From Spirochaetia bacterium (GTDB lineage: Bacteria > Spirochaetota > Spirochaetia > CADAEX01): a DNA stretch of 64,000 nucleotides. Shown here piece by piece: positions 38,323 through 49,121 of the stretch. The position numbers were made by a program, and so were the translations under genes. The stretch covers positions 160,001 to 224,000 of the forward strand of contig CAXXHA010000010.1 in NCBI GenBank assembly GCA_963662265.2, read 5' to 3'. A model generated the notes under the pieces. It ran no database searches and had not been told where the DNA came from. It saw only the letters and a program-made list of their open reading frames with translations. The number at the start of each line of letters is the position of its first letter. Positions within the stretch are counted from its first letter, which is position 1.

Positions 38323-39102
38323 ATGAATAAAACAGCTCTGATAACAGGGGCAAGCAGCGGCATAGGAAAGGAATTTGCACGTATTCATGCAGAACACGGC
38401 GGAGACCTTGTTATTGTAGCAAGAAGCTATGATAAACTCAATTCACTGAAGGCGGAACTTGAACAGGCCCATAATATAAAAGTAACAGTAATTGACAAGG
38501 ACCTCATAAAACCGGGAGCTGCAGAGGAAGTCTATAATAAAGTTAAAAAATCGGGAATTGAAATCGATTACCTGATTAATAATGCAGGCTTCGGAGGATG
38601 GGGGAAATTTCATGAAAGGGAATGGGAAAAAGACAGGGCAATGATTGACCTGAATATTACTGCTCTTACGGCCCTAACAAGATTCTTCCTCCCCGATTTT
38701 GTAAAACGAAACAGCGGAAAAATACTCAATGTATCATCAACTGCAAGCCTGATGCCAGGACCTCTTCAGGCTGTTTATTATGCCACAAAGGCATATGTTT
38801 CCTATTTCAGCAATGCAATTGCCGAGGAATTAAGCGACACTGAAATAACTGTAACAGCACTTCTCCCCGGGGCAACAGATACCGGCTTTGCATCAGTTTC
38901 CGGAATGGAGAAAACACCACTCTTTGCAAAAACAACCTCTCCCAGGGTAGTTGCAGAGGACGGGTATAAAGGGATGCTGAAAGGGAAGCTTAATGTTATT
39001 TCAGGATTGACCTTTTCCCAGAAAATCCTGACATCAATAATACCTTTTATGCCCAGGAAAATAGTTCTCAAGCAGATTCATGAAATGCAGAAAATAAAAT
39101 AA
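38323..39102 (+). CDS. Short-chain dehydrogenase
   Basis: TGASSGIG, NNAG, YYATK. Confidence 0.92.
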   Translation: MNKTALITGASSGIGKEFARIHAEHGGDLVIVARSYDKLNSLKAELEQAHNIKVTVIDKDLIKPGAAEEVYNKVKKSGIEIDYLINNAGFGGWGKFHEREWEKDRAMIDLNITALTALTRFFLPDFVKRNSGKILNVSSTASLMPGPLQAVYYATKAYVSYFSNAIAEELSDTEITVTALLPGATDTGFASVSGMEKTPLFAKTTSPRVVAEDGYKGMLKGKLNVISGLTFSQKILTSIIPFMPRKIVLKQIHEMQKIK

Positions 39103-39123
39103 GGACACAGGAAGGATAATAAA

Positions 39124-40095
39124 TTGAAAGCATTCATATATGATAAATACGGCTCCCCCGATGTCATGAAACTGGCAGATATTCCGGAACCTGTGCCGGG
39201 AGAAGGTGAAGTTATTGTAAAGACAGAGTATGTTTCGCTCAATACTTCCGATTATGAACTTCTAACAGGAAAGCCTCTTTTTACCAGGTTATTCGGACTT
39301 TTCAGACCGAAGAACAGAATACTAGGAACAGATATTGCGGGAACAGTGAAAGCTGCCGGTAAAAATGCTGTGAAATTTTCACCCGGCGACAGGGTTTTCG
39401 GAGATATATTTGAGAACTTCGGAGGATTTGCAGAATATGTATCTGTCCCTGAAAAACTGCTTACAGAAATACCTGGAGAAATATCCTTCAAAACAGCCTC
39501 TGCAATACCGCAGGCAGCAGAAATTGCTTTTCAGGGAGTATTCTACAGAGGAAGTATCAGGAAAGGGGAGAAAATTCTAATCAACGGAGCAGGGGGAGGA
39601 TCAGGGTCCTTTGCAGTCCAGATAGCAAAACATTTCAAGGCCGACGTGACAGGGGTCGACAGCCCGGAAAAGCAGGATTTCATACTCTCGCTTGGAGCTG
39701 ACAGGGCAATTGACTATAAAACTGAAGATTTTACAAGTTCAGGTGAATCCTATGACCTGATACTTGATCTTGCGGCCTATCACCCTGTCGCAGATTATAA
39801 GAGAGTTCTCGCTAAAAAGGGTATTTACTGGATGGTTGGGGGATCAATGTCAGTTATATTACAGCTCCTCTTTTTCTCCCCCTTTATATCACTTTTCAGC
39901 GGGAAAAAAATGGGAATCCTTGCACTGAAAACCAACAGCAATATAGAAAAACGGCTGTCCATGGTAAAAGAAGGGATAATAACACCGGCAATTGACAGGG
40001 AATACAGCTTTCATGAAATACCTGAAGCACTCAGGTATCTCGGGGATGGTCATGCGAAGGGAAAAATAGTCATAAAAATAACAGGCAGCAGGTGA
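39124..40095 (+). CDS. MDR-family NAD(P)-dependent oxidoreductase
   Basis: YGSPDV, GTDIAG.V, GAGGGSG, GHAKGKIV. Confidence 0.88.
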   Translation: MKAFIYDKYGSPDVMKLADIPEPVPGEGEVIVKTEYVSLNTSDYELLTGKPLFTRLFGLFRPKNRILGTDIAGTVKAAGKNAVKFSPGDRVFGDIFENFGGFAEYVSVPEKLLTEIPGEISFKTASAIPQAAEIAFQGVFYRGSIRKGEKILINGAGGGSGSFAVQIAKHFKADVTGVDSPEKQDFILSLGADRAIDYKTEDFTSSGESYDLILDLAAYHPVADYKRVLAKKGIYWMVGGSMSVILQLLFFSPFISLFSGKKMGILALKTNSNIEKRLSMVKEGIITPAIDREYSFHEIPEALRYLGDGHAKGKIVIKITGSR

Positions 40096-40214
40096 TAATT
40101 TAAGAAGGAATAATAAATATTTTTTTTACACAGGCAAAGACTTCATGCAGGGAAGTACCTGACAGAAATATATAAGCGATGTACAAGTGTCTTTAACGTT
40201 ACAGGAGATAAATT

Positions 40215-41180
40215 ATGAAAGCAGTTTATAACAAGAAATACGGAAAGCCTGAGACTCTCCGGATAAGGGAGATTGAAAAACCTGTCCCGGCCGATAATGA
40301 AATTCTTGTAAAAGTGCATGCTGCAACAGTTAACAGGACAGACTGCGCAGCAATCATCGCCCATCCTTTTTTCATGCGGCTTGCAACAGGTTTGCTGAAG
40401 CCGAAAAATCCGGTGCCCGGAACTGACTTTGCAGGAACTGTTGAAGAAACAGGGAAGTCTGTCAAAGCCTTCAGCAGGGGCGACAGGGTTTTCGGCTTCA
40501 ATGACATGGGGACCTCTTCACATGCTGAATATCTGGTAATCGGGTCAGATCAGGCAGTGGATAAAATACCTGACAACAGCTCCTTTGAGGAGGCTGTATC
40601 AAGCTGTGAAGGGGCACATTATGCCATCAACTTCATCAATAAAGTTGACCTTAAAAAAGGGGATAAAGTACTTGTATACGGAGCAACCGGGGCCATAGGA
40701 TCGGCTGCTGTACAGCTTCTGAAGCATAAAGGGGCAGATATAACAGCTGTATGCGGAACCAAAAACATTGACCTGATCAGATCACTGGGAATTGACAGAG
40801 TCATTGATTACCAGAGGGAGGATTTTACAAAAGACAGCGCAAGATACAAATATGCTTTTGATACAGTGGGGAAAAGCTCTTTTTTTATCTGCAGAAAAGT
40901 ACTCGAACCGGGCGGGATCTATATATCATCAGAACTCGGTAAATTCTCACAGAATATTTTCCTGGCGCTTTTCAGCCCCCTTTTCAGAAAAAGAGTGGTT
41001 AAATTCCCCTACCCCTATGATCTCAAGGGGACTGTTGTCTACATGAAAGACCTTCTCGAAAAAAAGCTTTTCAGGCCTCTGATAGACAGGGAATACAGAC
41101 TTGAACAGGCTGTTGAAGCATATAAATATGCGGGATCAGGTGAAAAAACAGGGAATGTACTGCTAAAGATGAACCAATGA
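40215..41180 (+). CDS. MDR-family oxidoreductase (same family as the previous gene)
   Basis: YGKPE, GTDFAG.V, GATGAIG, GEKTGNV. Confidence 0.88.
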   Translation: MKAVYNKKYGKPETLRIREIEKPVPADNEILVKVHAATVNRTDCAAIIAHPFFMRLATGLLKPKNPVPGTDFAGTVEETGKSVKAFSRGDRVFGFNDMGTSSHAEYLVIGSDQAVDKIPDNSSFEEAVSSCEGAHYAINFINKVDLKKGDKVLVYGATGAIGSAAVQLLKHKGADITAVCGTKNIDLIRSLGIDRVIDYQREDFTKDSARYKYAFDTVGKSSFFICRKVLEPGGIYISSELGKFSQNIFLALFSPLFRKRVVKFPYPYDLKGTVVYMKDLLEKKLFRPLIDREYRLEQAVEAYKYAGSGEKTGNVLLKMNQ

Positions 41181-41269
41181 GCATTAAATTCCCTGAAAAT
41201 CAGTATATTTATTACTATGAGTTTTTACTCAGAGGAAAAGTCATAGTAATATATATCTGAGGAGATAAA

Positions 41270-42160
41270 ATGTCAGATTTAAAAATTATCAGAAAAAATA
41301 TCAAAAATCTTGAAAAAGACAACAGGAAAGAGGAAGCGGAAAAAGATCTGCTTAAAACAGGAAAACCTGCAATAACATATCTCATCGAATCATTGATAAC
41401 AAAGGACAGGGGAAATGAGGCAAAATTGAATCTCCTTGAAAAGCTTATACTGAACCACGGAGATGAAACAGCATTACTGAAGTTCAGTGAACATGCAGAA
41501 AAGAAAAAGTTCCATTCCCGTATTGCATGGGTTATCTGGAGAATCAGGATGAAATCCGGGAAGAATATTCTCATAAATATCCTGAAAGGAAAAGACAAGC
41601 ATTTTGCCTTAACAGCTTTAACCGATTGGCAGATTCCTGTCGATTTCAGCATAATAACTGATTTGTTGAATTCTCCATCAACAAGAAACACTGCACTTAA
41701 GGCTCTTTCATACCATGACACTGAAGAATCAAGAAATATTGCAATGAATTTTATTACAGATGAATATGAATCAACAAGAGAAGCTGCTTATTACGCTCTC
41801 GGTAAAATCGGGACAAAAGAGACTCTTTATAAATTTATCAGTCACAGGGAACCGGACAACAGTTATTTTAAAAATGCTGTTAAATCTCTGACCGACAGAT
41901 ATGCCGGCAAAAATATTGAAAAAGAAATAAGGCAGCTTGAAAAAATAGGCAGTTCAGAGGGATTTTTATCTCTTCAGCCGGGCGGAAGTTTTAATGAAAA
42001 CAGCAGAAACATTGAAGCTGTTAAAATCGGCCAGTCCCTGAATAACCAGGCAGGAAAAGAGGGGATGGAAATTGCAGCTTTAAGAATTTCAATTTCACTC
42101 GGAACAACAGCAGGAAGAGAACTTGAAGCAGCATGGAAGGGCATAGGCTCCTGGCTTTAA
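41270..42160 (+). CDS. HEAT-repeat protein
   Basis: TREAAYYALGKIG and related helical repeats. Confidence 0.65.
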   Translation: MSDLKIIRKNIKNLEKDNRKEEAEKDLLKTGKPAITYLIESLITKDRGNEAKLNLLEKLILNHGDETALLKFSEHAEKKKFHSRIAWVIWRIRMKSGKNILINILKGKDKHFALTALTDWQIPVDFSIITDLLNSPSTRNTALKALSYHDTEESRNIAMNFITDEYESTREAAYYALGKIGTKETLYKFISHREPDNSYFKNAVKSLTDRYAGKNIEKEIRQLEKIGSSEGFLSLQPGGSFNENSRNIEAVKIGQSLNNQAGKEGMEIAALRISISLGTTAGRELEAAWKGIGSWL

Positions 42161-42429
42161 CAGGTGGCTGAAAAACAATATCAATACTGAACATTTTTTT
42201 AAGAAATGCTATTCACATATATCGCTTTGTAGGATAATCTGAACATATAGGTGAAAATATTAAACAGGACGAATATCCGGTCCTGGTTTCCAGGAATATT
42301 ATAAAAATAATTCATTCAGTTAATCAGGAAAAATGAATTGATGATGCGCAATAAGCATTAAATTAAAATATTCAGATAAAAACCAGTTACCGGGAATTCG
42401 GCCTGAAATAATTCAATCAGGGGGAAAAT

Positions 42430-42858
42430 ATGGCAATCGATAAAAACTGCATGTACTGCATGAGAGACAGCAGAGTATCAGATCTGATGTTTGAAATAGC
42501 AGAGCTGAAAGTATCAACATTCTACTTTTTCAGGGAGCAGACACATCCCGGAAGATGCATCCTTGCCTTCAACAAGGGGCACAAGGGGGAAATTTTTGAA
42601 CTGACAGAAGATGAAAGAAGAAATCTCATGGATGATCTTGCAAAAGCTTCAAATGCAGTCCAGAAAGTATTCAGCCCTGATAAGCTAAATTATGCTTCAT
42701 TCGGAGACAAGGGTCCGCACATCCATTTCCACATTGTACCGAAATACAAAAACGGGGTGAAATGGGGTGAAATATTTGACATGATGCCTGAAAACAAAGT
42801 TTATATTGAAGAGGCTGAATATAAAAAATATATTGAAGCTTTAAAAGCGGAACTGTAA
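42430..42858 (+). CDS. HIT-family protein
   Basis: HIHFHIVP histidine triad. Confidence 0.9.
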   Translation: MAIDKNCMYCMRDSRVSDLMFEIAELKVSTFYFFREQTHPGRCILAFNKGHKGEIFELTEDERRNLMDDLAKASNAVQKVFSPDKLNYASFGDKGPHIHFHIVPKYKNGVKWGEIFDMMPENKVYIEEAEYKKYIEALKAEL

Positions 42859-42939
42859 TCAGCAGGGGAGCCCGGTCAGCAGCAGGACTCCCCCCGTATT
42901 TTAATCAATTTTATAAAGGATTCTAATATTATAGGCCTG

Positions 42940-43404
42940 TCAGACATCCTCGGCTGTTTCCGGGACTACAAGGACAGGACAGAGTGCTTTTCTTATAAGC
43001 TTTTCAGTATAGTTGCCAAGCATCCTGTTGATAATATTCTTGCCGGCTCCCCGGCCTATTATTATCAGGTCCACTTTTTCCTTCTTCGCCTCTTTAAGAA
43101 TTTCCTCTCCCACATTGCCGATAACATATCCTGTATTCCATTTTATGCCTTCGGGGATAAGGGGAACATAATCCTTCTCAATTTTCCTGTCTATATCCTG
43201 TTTTGCCTTGATATCAACATCATCAACTTCATAAATATATGATTTCCAGAACTGTGCATCAGGTTCAGGAATTACATGAAACATTATTATTTCGCTGCCG
43301 GGATTGCCGGCAGCAATGTTGAGAGTATAGTGGAACGCTTTCATCGCATCTGTATTAAAGTCAGTGCAGAAAAGTATTTTACTGAAAATATTTCTGTATG
43401 GCAT
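42940..43404 (-). CDS. Universal stress protein
   Basis: ILFCTDF, DLIIIG, CPVLVVP. Confidence 0.9.
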   Translation of the reverse strand: MPYRNIFSKILFCTDFNTDAMKAFHYTLNIAAGNPGSEIIMFHVIPEPDAQFWKSYIYEVDDVDIKAKQDIDRKIEKDYVPLIPEGIKWNTGYVIGNVGEEILKEAKKEKVDLIIIGRGAGKNIINRMLGNYTEKLIRKALCPVLVVPETAEDV

Positions 43405-43435
43405 TTAAAACTCCTTTATCGCTTATACACCGCTA

Positions 43436-43660
43436 TCAGCCACTTTCTCCGAGAAAGGCTCTGCTGTTTCAGGCACTTCCCTGCAGGAAGTCTCTGCCAC
43501 CAGGAGGAACTTCCGCCAACAGAAATGCCCGACTTAAGAGCACTTTCGGAAACAGAAGTCTCCTGTCTGCAGGCACTTTCAAAATGAAATCTCCTGACTA
43601 TCGAGCACTCTTCCAGAAACGAAAGCCTCTTGTCTGCAGGCACTTTCCAAATAAAAGCAC
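43436..43660. repeat. Degenerate tandem array of seven ~33-bp units
   Basis: GCACTTTC-like cores at 43440, 43473, 43507, 43540, 43573, 43605, 43640. Confidence 0.75.
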
Positions 43661-43664
43661 CTTA

Positions 43665-44966
43665 TCAATGCAGCAGGTTCGGAAGAAAAAGACATATATC
43701 CGGAACCAGAATCAGAATAAGTGCGGATATTATGAGCATCAACAAAAACGGAATCGCACCCTTGAATATGACAGGAAGGGGAATATCCCTTTCCATGCCG
43801 CTCACGACATATACATTCACCCCTACAGGAGGCGTGATAACACCCATCTGGGTAATAACAACAACAATTACACCGAACCATACAGGATCAAAACCAAGTT
43901 CAAGAACAACCGGGTAGAATATCGGTATTGTAAGAAGTATTAGAGCCAGCGCATCAATTATACACCCTGCAGCCAGAAAGAACAGGATAATAACCATCAT
44001 CACCATCCACCCGGGCAGGGGAAGCGATATAAAAAATTCAGCTGCTGCAAAAGGAATACGGGAAACAGCCAGAAATCTTCCGAATATGACAGCGCCTGCT
44101 ACAATAAAGAAAATCATGCTTGATGTTCTTACTGTCTCAAGAAGGATCTGCCTGATCTTGTGCATATTCAGCTCTTTCTGGAAAAAGGCAATCGCAAAGC
44201 TCCCTGCAGCGCCTATGGCGGCAGCCTCGATCGGTGTAAATAATCCGAAAAACATTCCTCCCATTACAAGAAGGAAAAGAAGTATTGTCTCAACAACTCC
44301 GTTAAGAGAACGAATCCTCTCCTTCCATGAATGCTTCGGTCCGGCCGGGCCGAGAGTTTTATCTTTTGTACATCTTACATATATATTGATACAGAACATT
44401 GCTGTTATGAGAATTCCCGGAACTATGCCTGCGAGAAACAGGCTGCCTATAGACTGCTCTGTCATCAGCGCATAGACTATAAAGACAACTGACGGAGGAA
44501 TAAGCATTCCAAGCGATCCCCCCGATGCTACCGTGCCGGAGGAGAGAGAATCCGCGTAACCGTATCTTTTCATCTCAGGCAGGGCCACCGCAGCCATTGT
44601 CGCTGCTGTAGCAGGCCCGGAACCGCATATAGCGCCGAACCCGGCACAGGCGCCAACTGTTGCCATTGCAAGGCCCCCTTTAAGGTGACCTATCCACACA
44701 TATGCGGAATGAAAAAGACGCCTGCTTATACCTGCATGAAAAGAGACCTGCCCCATCATTACAAACAGGGGGATAACTGTAAGACCATAGGATGAAAAAG
44801 TTTCAAAAAGGTCCGCAGTCACCATGCTGAATGCAGCCTGGGGAGATATTATCATGGCAAAACCGATTACACCTGCGGCAAGCATGGCAAAAGCCACCGG
44901 CATACTTGTCAGAAGCATTGTAAAAAGAATCAGGCAGCCGAAGATGCCTATCTGAACAGGACTCAT
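43665..44966 (-). CDS. dctM: TRAP transporter large permease
   Basis: IPLF, GSGPATAA, LGMLIPPS, ITPPVG. Confidence 0.92.
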   Translation of the reverse strand: MSPVQIGIFGCLILFTMLLTSMPVAFAMLAAGVIGFAMIISPQAAFSMVTADLFETFSSYGLTVIPLFVMMGQVSFHAGISRRLFHSAYVWIGHLKGGLAMATVGACAGFGAICGSGPATAATMAAVALPEMKRYGYADSLSSGTVASGGSLGMLIPPSVVFIVYALMTEQSIGSLFLAGIVPGILITAMFCINIYVRCTKDKTLGPAGPKHSWKERIRSLNGVVETILLFLLVMGGMFFGLFTPIEAAAIGAAGSFAIAFFQKELNMHKIRQILLETVRTSSMIFFIVAGAVIFGRFLAVSRIPFAAAEFFISLPLPGWMVMMVIILFFLAAGCIIDALALILLTIPIFYPVVLELGFDPVWFGVIVVVITQMGVITPPVGVNVYVVSGMERDIPLPVIFKGAIPFLLMLIISALILILVPDICLFLPNLLH

Positions 44967-45445
44967 GGTTTAATCAGCTCCTTTCCCGGATGTACAAGGT
45001 GATAGATAAAAACAACCATCATAAGAAAACAGTTAAAACTGATAAGAAGCGGTATCCAGAAAACCGGAAGCCCCAGGTTTGGAAAAACTTCCCCTGCCCT
45101 GAATAATGACATACCATGCTGAAATATCTTCACAGCAAGAACGGCGAAGATTACAAGCGATAGAATCCTGAGTACAGTATCGAGTATAACCCTCCAGAAA
45201 TGTCCGCATTTATGATAGAAAAATTCAATTGCAATATGACCCTTGACAGCTGTAAGGTATGGAAGAGCACATGCTACAGCCACTGCACCGCAGGCACGGA
45301 CCATATCATAAGCCCCGGTTATTCCTGTATTGAATATTCTCATCACAACATCCAGAACAGTAATAACAATCATCAGAAGAATTGCAGCGCCTGCCGCATA
45401 GGCAAGCGCAATAATTAGACGGCTTATTAAAGAAAATATTTTCAT
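44963..45445 (-). CDS. dctQ: TRAP transporter small permease
   Basis: Four TM segments, DVVMR, GHIAIE. Confidence 0.85.
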   Translation of the reverse strand: MKIFSLISRLIIALAYAAGAAILLMIVITVLDVVMRIFNTGITGAYDMVRACGAVAVACALPYLTAVKGHIAIEFFYHKCGHFWRVILDTVLRILSLVIFAVLAVKIFQHGMSLFRAGEVFPNLGLPVFWIPLLISFNCFLMMVVFIYHLVHPGKELIKP

Positions 45446-45448
45446 TGT

Positions 45449-46465
45449 TTATTTTAACATCTCTTTGATGTCTTTCAGAAAATCAGAGCCGGGAAGACCT
45501 TTAGCCGCTGCAGCATCAACATATTCCCTGTATACAGGATCCATGGCAGCAACAAGCTTGCTGTTTTCCTCATCGCTGAGAGAGATATATGTTTTGCCGA
45601 GTTCCTTTACAAATGCATCGCCCTGGCTGTCGCTTTCATCCCATGCTTCTCCCTGCTTTGTAATCCATTCATTGCTGACTTCTGTCATAACTGCCTGGAG
45701 ATCTGAAGGAAGGGAATTCCATTTGTCATTATTCATAACAACAAACATAGATGTTGTATATCCCACTGCTTTTGTATCTACAACATAGTCAATAACTTCG
45801 CCCTGTTTCCAGCCTTTAAGAGTCTCAACCGGGCAGAATGTTGCATCAACTACACCTTTCTGGAGAGCTTCATATGTATCTCCCTGGCTCATTGAAACAG
45901 GAGTTCCCCCGAGGGCGGAAACAATTTTAGCTGAGAGTCCTGTAGCCCTTATTTTCATGCTGCTCATATCTGAAATGTTTTCTGCCTTTTTTCTGCTTGC
46001 AAGAATTCCGGGTCCGTGCGCATGAAGATATAAAACATGTACGCCTGAAAGCTCTTCAGGCTGATATTTTTTTACCATTTCATTGGCAATTTTAGTTGCT
46101 GTAACTCCATCTGGATAACCAAGGGGAAGATCAAGCCCCTCGAGAAGAGGGAAGCGTCCTCTTGTATATGCAAAAACACTCATACCGATATCTGCGACAC
46201 CTGTTTCAACAGCTTCATAAGTCTGTGCTGCCTTTGTAAGTGTACCACCGTGGAAAAGAGATATTTTTATCCTTCCGTTTGACCTTGATTCAACTTCTTC
46301 GGCCCATGCTTCGGCTGTTTTTGCCTGAAGATGTGTTGCAGGAAAAAATACTGCATAATTGAATTCATAAGTCTTTTCTGCCGAAGCAGCTGTTTCATTT
46401 TTCTTACTGCATCCCGAGAGCAGTACAAGAACTGCTAATAATAAGAGTGTTGTGATCTTTTTCAT
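45449..46465 (-). CDS. dctP: TRAP substrate-binding lipoprotein
   Basis: Lipobox LLSGC, SNGRIKI, KIR, YEALQKGVVD. Confidence 0.9.
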   Translation of the reverse strand: MKKITTLLLLAVLVLLSGCSKKNETAASAEKTYEFNYAVFFPATHLQAKTAEAWAEEVESRSNGRIKISLFHGGTLTKAAQTYEAVETGVADIGMSVFAYTRGRFPLLEGLDLPLGYPDGVTATKIANEMVKKYQPEELSGVHVLYLHAHGPGILASRKKAENISDMSSMKIRATGLSAKIVSALGGTPVSMSQGDTYEALQKGVVDATFCPVETLKGWKQGEVIDYVVDTKAVGYTTSMFVVMNNDKWNSLPSDLQAVMTEVSNEWITKQGEAWDESDSQGDAFVKELGKTYISLSDEENSKLVAAMDPVYREYVDAAAAKGLPGSDFLKDIKEMLK

Positions 46466-46713
46466 AGTTTCTCCATATAGTATTGGAATTTAAACAAGGA
46501 TATATTGATTTTATCATTTTATCAAATGGTTTTATCCTATCTTTTATTTTATTTTTAAATAAATATGCACTTCTGTGTATAATAATGCAGCTTATAGGTT
46601 TAGCAGAATTAAACAGGCTCAACAGTTATTGTTGAAGTATATTAAGTTGCAGAGTTCAATATTCAGAAGTAATATTATCCTGTCCTGTACAGATATATTA
46701 TAGCGGAGGAAAA

Positions 46714-47157
46714 ATGAAAATAAGAAATATTGAATATAAAGACCTCGAATCTCTGGGTAAGCTGTATTTCCAGTTCTGGGGAGATAAATCAGAACTCGAG
46801 AAAATGCAGGGAAAATATAAAGAACTTGAAAACAATGATAATTATATATTTCTCGCAGCAGAAGTTGACGGCAGACTTGCAGGATCAGTTATGGGTATTG
46901 TTTGTTCTGAACTTTACGGAGACTGCCGTCCTTTTATGGTTCTTGAGGACCTTATAGTTGATAAAAATTTCAGAAAAAAAGGAATAGGAAAAGCGCTTGT
47001 AAGAAAGCTTGAAGAAGAGGCAGAAAAAAGAAACTGCTGCCAGATTATTTTTATTACAGAAACAGACAGACATGATGCAGTTGCTTTCTACGAATCAGTA
47101 GGATATGACTCTAATAAAAATAGAGGATTCAAAAAAAAGATATCACAGGATACTTGA
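46714..47157 (+). CDS. GNAT acetyltransferase
   Basis: LEDLIVD..FRKKGIG, FYESVGY. Confidence 0.88.
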   Translation: MKIRNIEYKDLESLGKLYFQFWGDKSELEKMQGKYKELENNDNYIFLAAEVDGRLAGSVMGIVCSELYGDCRPFMVLEDLIVDKNFRKKGIGKALVRKLEEEAEKRNCCQIIFITETDRHDAVAFYESVGYDSNKNRGFKKKISQDT

Positions 47158-47238
47158 ATGATGATTTCTATAATATCAACTGCGGTCAGGAAATATGTCC
47201 CCGGATCCGTATAATCCTTTGATACGGGGGAATAATAA

Positions 47239-48126
47239 ATGCATGAAGAGGATGTAATCAGCGAAATCCTGGAGTTTATAGATACTCATCTGAATGAGGA
47301 AATTACTCTGAAAAAAATCAGCGACAGAATCTGCTATTCAGAAGAATACACCTGCCGTCTCTTTAAAAAGAAGACAGGTGAAAACCTTTTTGATTACATA
47401 AGAAGCAGACGGCTTCTGAATGCTGCGGAACTGCTTAAAACAAACGGTGGAAAAATCATCGATGTAGCACTTGCACACGGCTTTGATTCTCCGGAAGGAT
47501 TTTCAAGAGCATTCTCATCATACTTCGGCATGCCGCCCCTGAAATTCCGGAACTGCAGGCCGGAAATTAAACATTTCATGCCAAGGGGATACAAAGTATA
47601 CCCCTGGACTATCAGGGAGAAAAAAATGAAAAAACTGACTGTATTTACACAGGTAATCGAAAGACCTGAAAGAAAACTGTACCTTGTCAGAGGAAAAAAA
47701 GCGGAAAACTATTTCGAATACTGCGAGGAACTGGGGTGCGATATATGGGGGAGGCTTCTGGAAGTGGAAAACCCTCTTTATGAGCCGGTGGGTGTATGGC
47801 TTCCGGATCCATTCAGGCCTGAAGAAACTTCAAATTATGCTCAGGGGGTTGAAGTTGCAATAAATCATACAGGAGCTGTTCCTGCCGGCCTCGAATGCAT
47901 TACACTTCCCGCATCAAAATATATGATTTTCCAGAGTGAACCCTATGAAGAAAATGATGAGACAATGATGGAAGTTATTCTCCAGGTCCAGGATTCAATA
48001 AAGAAATATAATCCTGAGATTTACGGCTATGAATGGGCGGAAAACAACGGCCCGAGGTTTCAGCTTATGCCGATCGGGGAAAGAGGATATATTGAAGGGC
48101 TTCCTGTAAAAATGAAAGCTGAATAA
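47239..48126 (+). CDS. AraC-family regulator
   Basis: RLFKKKTG, HGFDSPEGFSRAF. Confidence 0.9.
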   Translation: MHEEDVISEILEFIDTHLNEEITLKKISDRICYSEEYTCRLFKKKTGENLFDYIRSRRLLNAAELLKTNGGKIIDVALAHGFDSPEGFSRAFSSYFGMPPLKFRNCRPEIKHFMPRGYKVYPWTIREKKMKKLTVFTQVIERPERKLYLVRGKKAENYFEYCEELGCDIWGRLLEVENPLYEPVGVWLPDPFRPEETSNYAQGVEVAINHTGAVPAGLECITLPASKYMIFQSEPYEENDETMMEVILQVQDSIKKYNPEIYGYEWAENNGPRFQLMPIGERGYIEGLPVKMKAE

Positions 48127-48348
48127 CACAGGCTGTATTTGATGCGGATTATTCTGTTTCCAGATATTATTCCTGTCAGGCTGCAGAATTTTAATCCTTA
48201 GGATCATATAAACCCGGGGAAGCAAACCAGCTTTATCCGGGTTTTTTATCGCTTTTGTCACTTTTTTCAGCCATATCCGAAGACAGCTGATCATTGTATT
48301 GCAGAAAACTCAGAGTGCTTTTAAAATGATAACAAAAGGATAATAGAT

Positions 48349-49101
48349 ATGGAAGAACTGAAACTTCTAATAGATCTCCACAAAGACAGCGGAAGGCTTG
48401 GCCCCGGCAGCAGAGAAACAACAGAAAAAGCATTCAATCTCACCGGGTTAAGCAGCAGCAGGAATTACAAGGCTGCAGATATCGGATGCGGAACAGGGGC
48501 ACAAACCTTCGATCTTGTAGAGATGTCGGAATGCAGTATTACTGCTGTTGACCTCTTTCAGATATTTCTTGATAAGATTGAGAATAATAAACTATATGAA
48601 AAATACAGCGACAGAATAAGAACAGTCTGCTGTTCAATGGATAATCTTCCATTTGAAGACAATGAATTAGACCTGATATGGTCCGAAGGTGCTGTCTATA
48701 ATATCGGATTTGAAAACGGAATAAAGAAATGGAGAAAATTTTTAAAGCCTGACGGAATCCTGGCTGTTACAGAAATAAGCTGGCTGACAGAATCAAGACC
48801 TGCAGAACTGGAAAACTACTGGAATAAAGCATACCCGGAAATTGCTACAGCTGAAGTGAAAAAAAATCAGCTGGAAACCGCCGGTTACAGGGTAATAGCC
48901 GACTTTGTACTTCCTGACAGCTGCTGGCTTGATAATTACTATCTCCCTCTCGAGAAAAAGTTCCATTCATTTCTCGGCAGTCATGACAACAGCAAAACAG
49001 CAGCAGCACTTATCAATGATGAAATTGATGAAATAGAAATGTACAGAAAATACAGTACCTGTTACGGATATGTTTTTTATATAGCAGCAAAAAAAGGATA
49101 A
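48349..49101 (+). CDS. Class I SAM-dependent methyltransferase
   Basis: ADIGCGTGAQT, DLIWSEGA. Confidence 0.88.
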   Translation: MEELKLLIDLHKDSGRLGPGSRETTEKAFNLTGLSSSRNYKAADIGCGTGAQTFDLVEMSECSITAVDLFQIFLDKIENNKLYEKYSDRIRTVCCSMDNLPFEDNELDLIWSEGAVYNIGFENGIKKWRKFLKPDGILAVTEISWLTESRPAELENYWNKAYPEIATAEVKKNQLETAGYRVIADFVLPDSCWLDNYYLPLEKKFHSFLGSHDNSKTAAALINDEIDEIEMYRKYSTCYGYVFYIAAKKG

Positions 49102-49121
49102 TAGTTTAATAAATCAGACTG

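Noticed and set aside
39124-41180. Adjacent MDR oxidoreductases as a recent duplication
   Set aside because: The proteins are clearly diverged; ordinary paralogs.
43436-43660. Tandem array as a degenerate CRISPR, or the ORFs across it (43398-43943, 43416-43643) as genes
   Set aside because: No unique spacers, the period is too short, and the unit lengths break frame.
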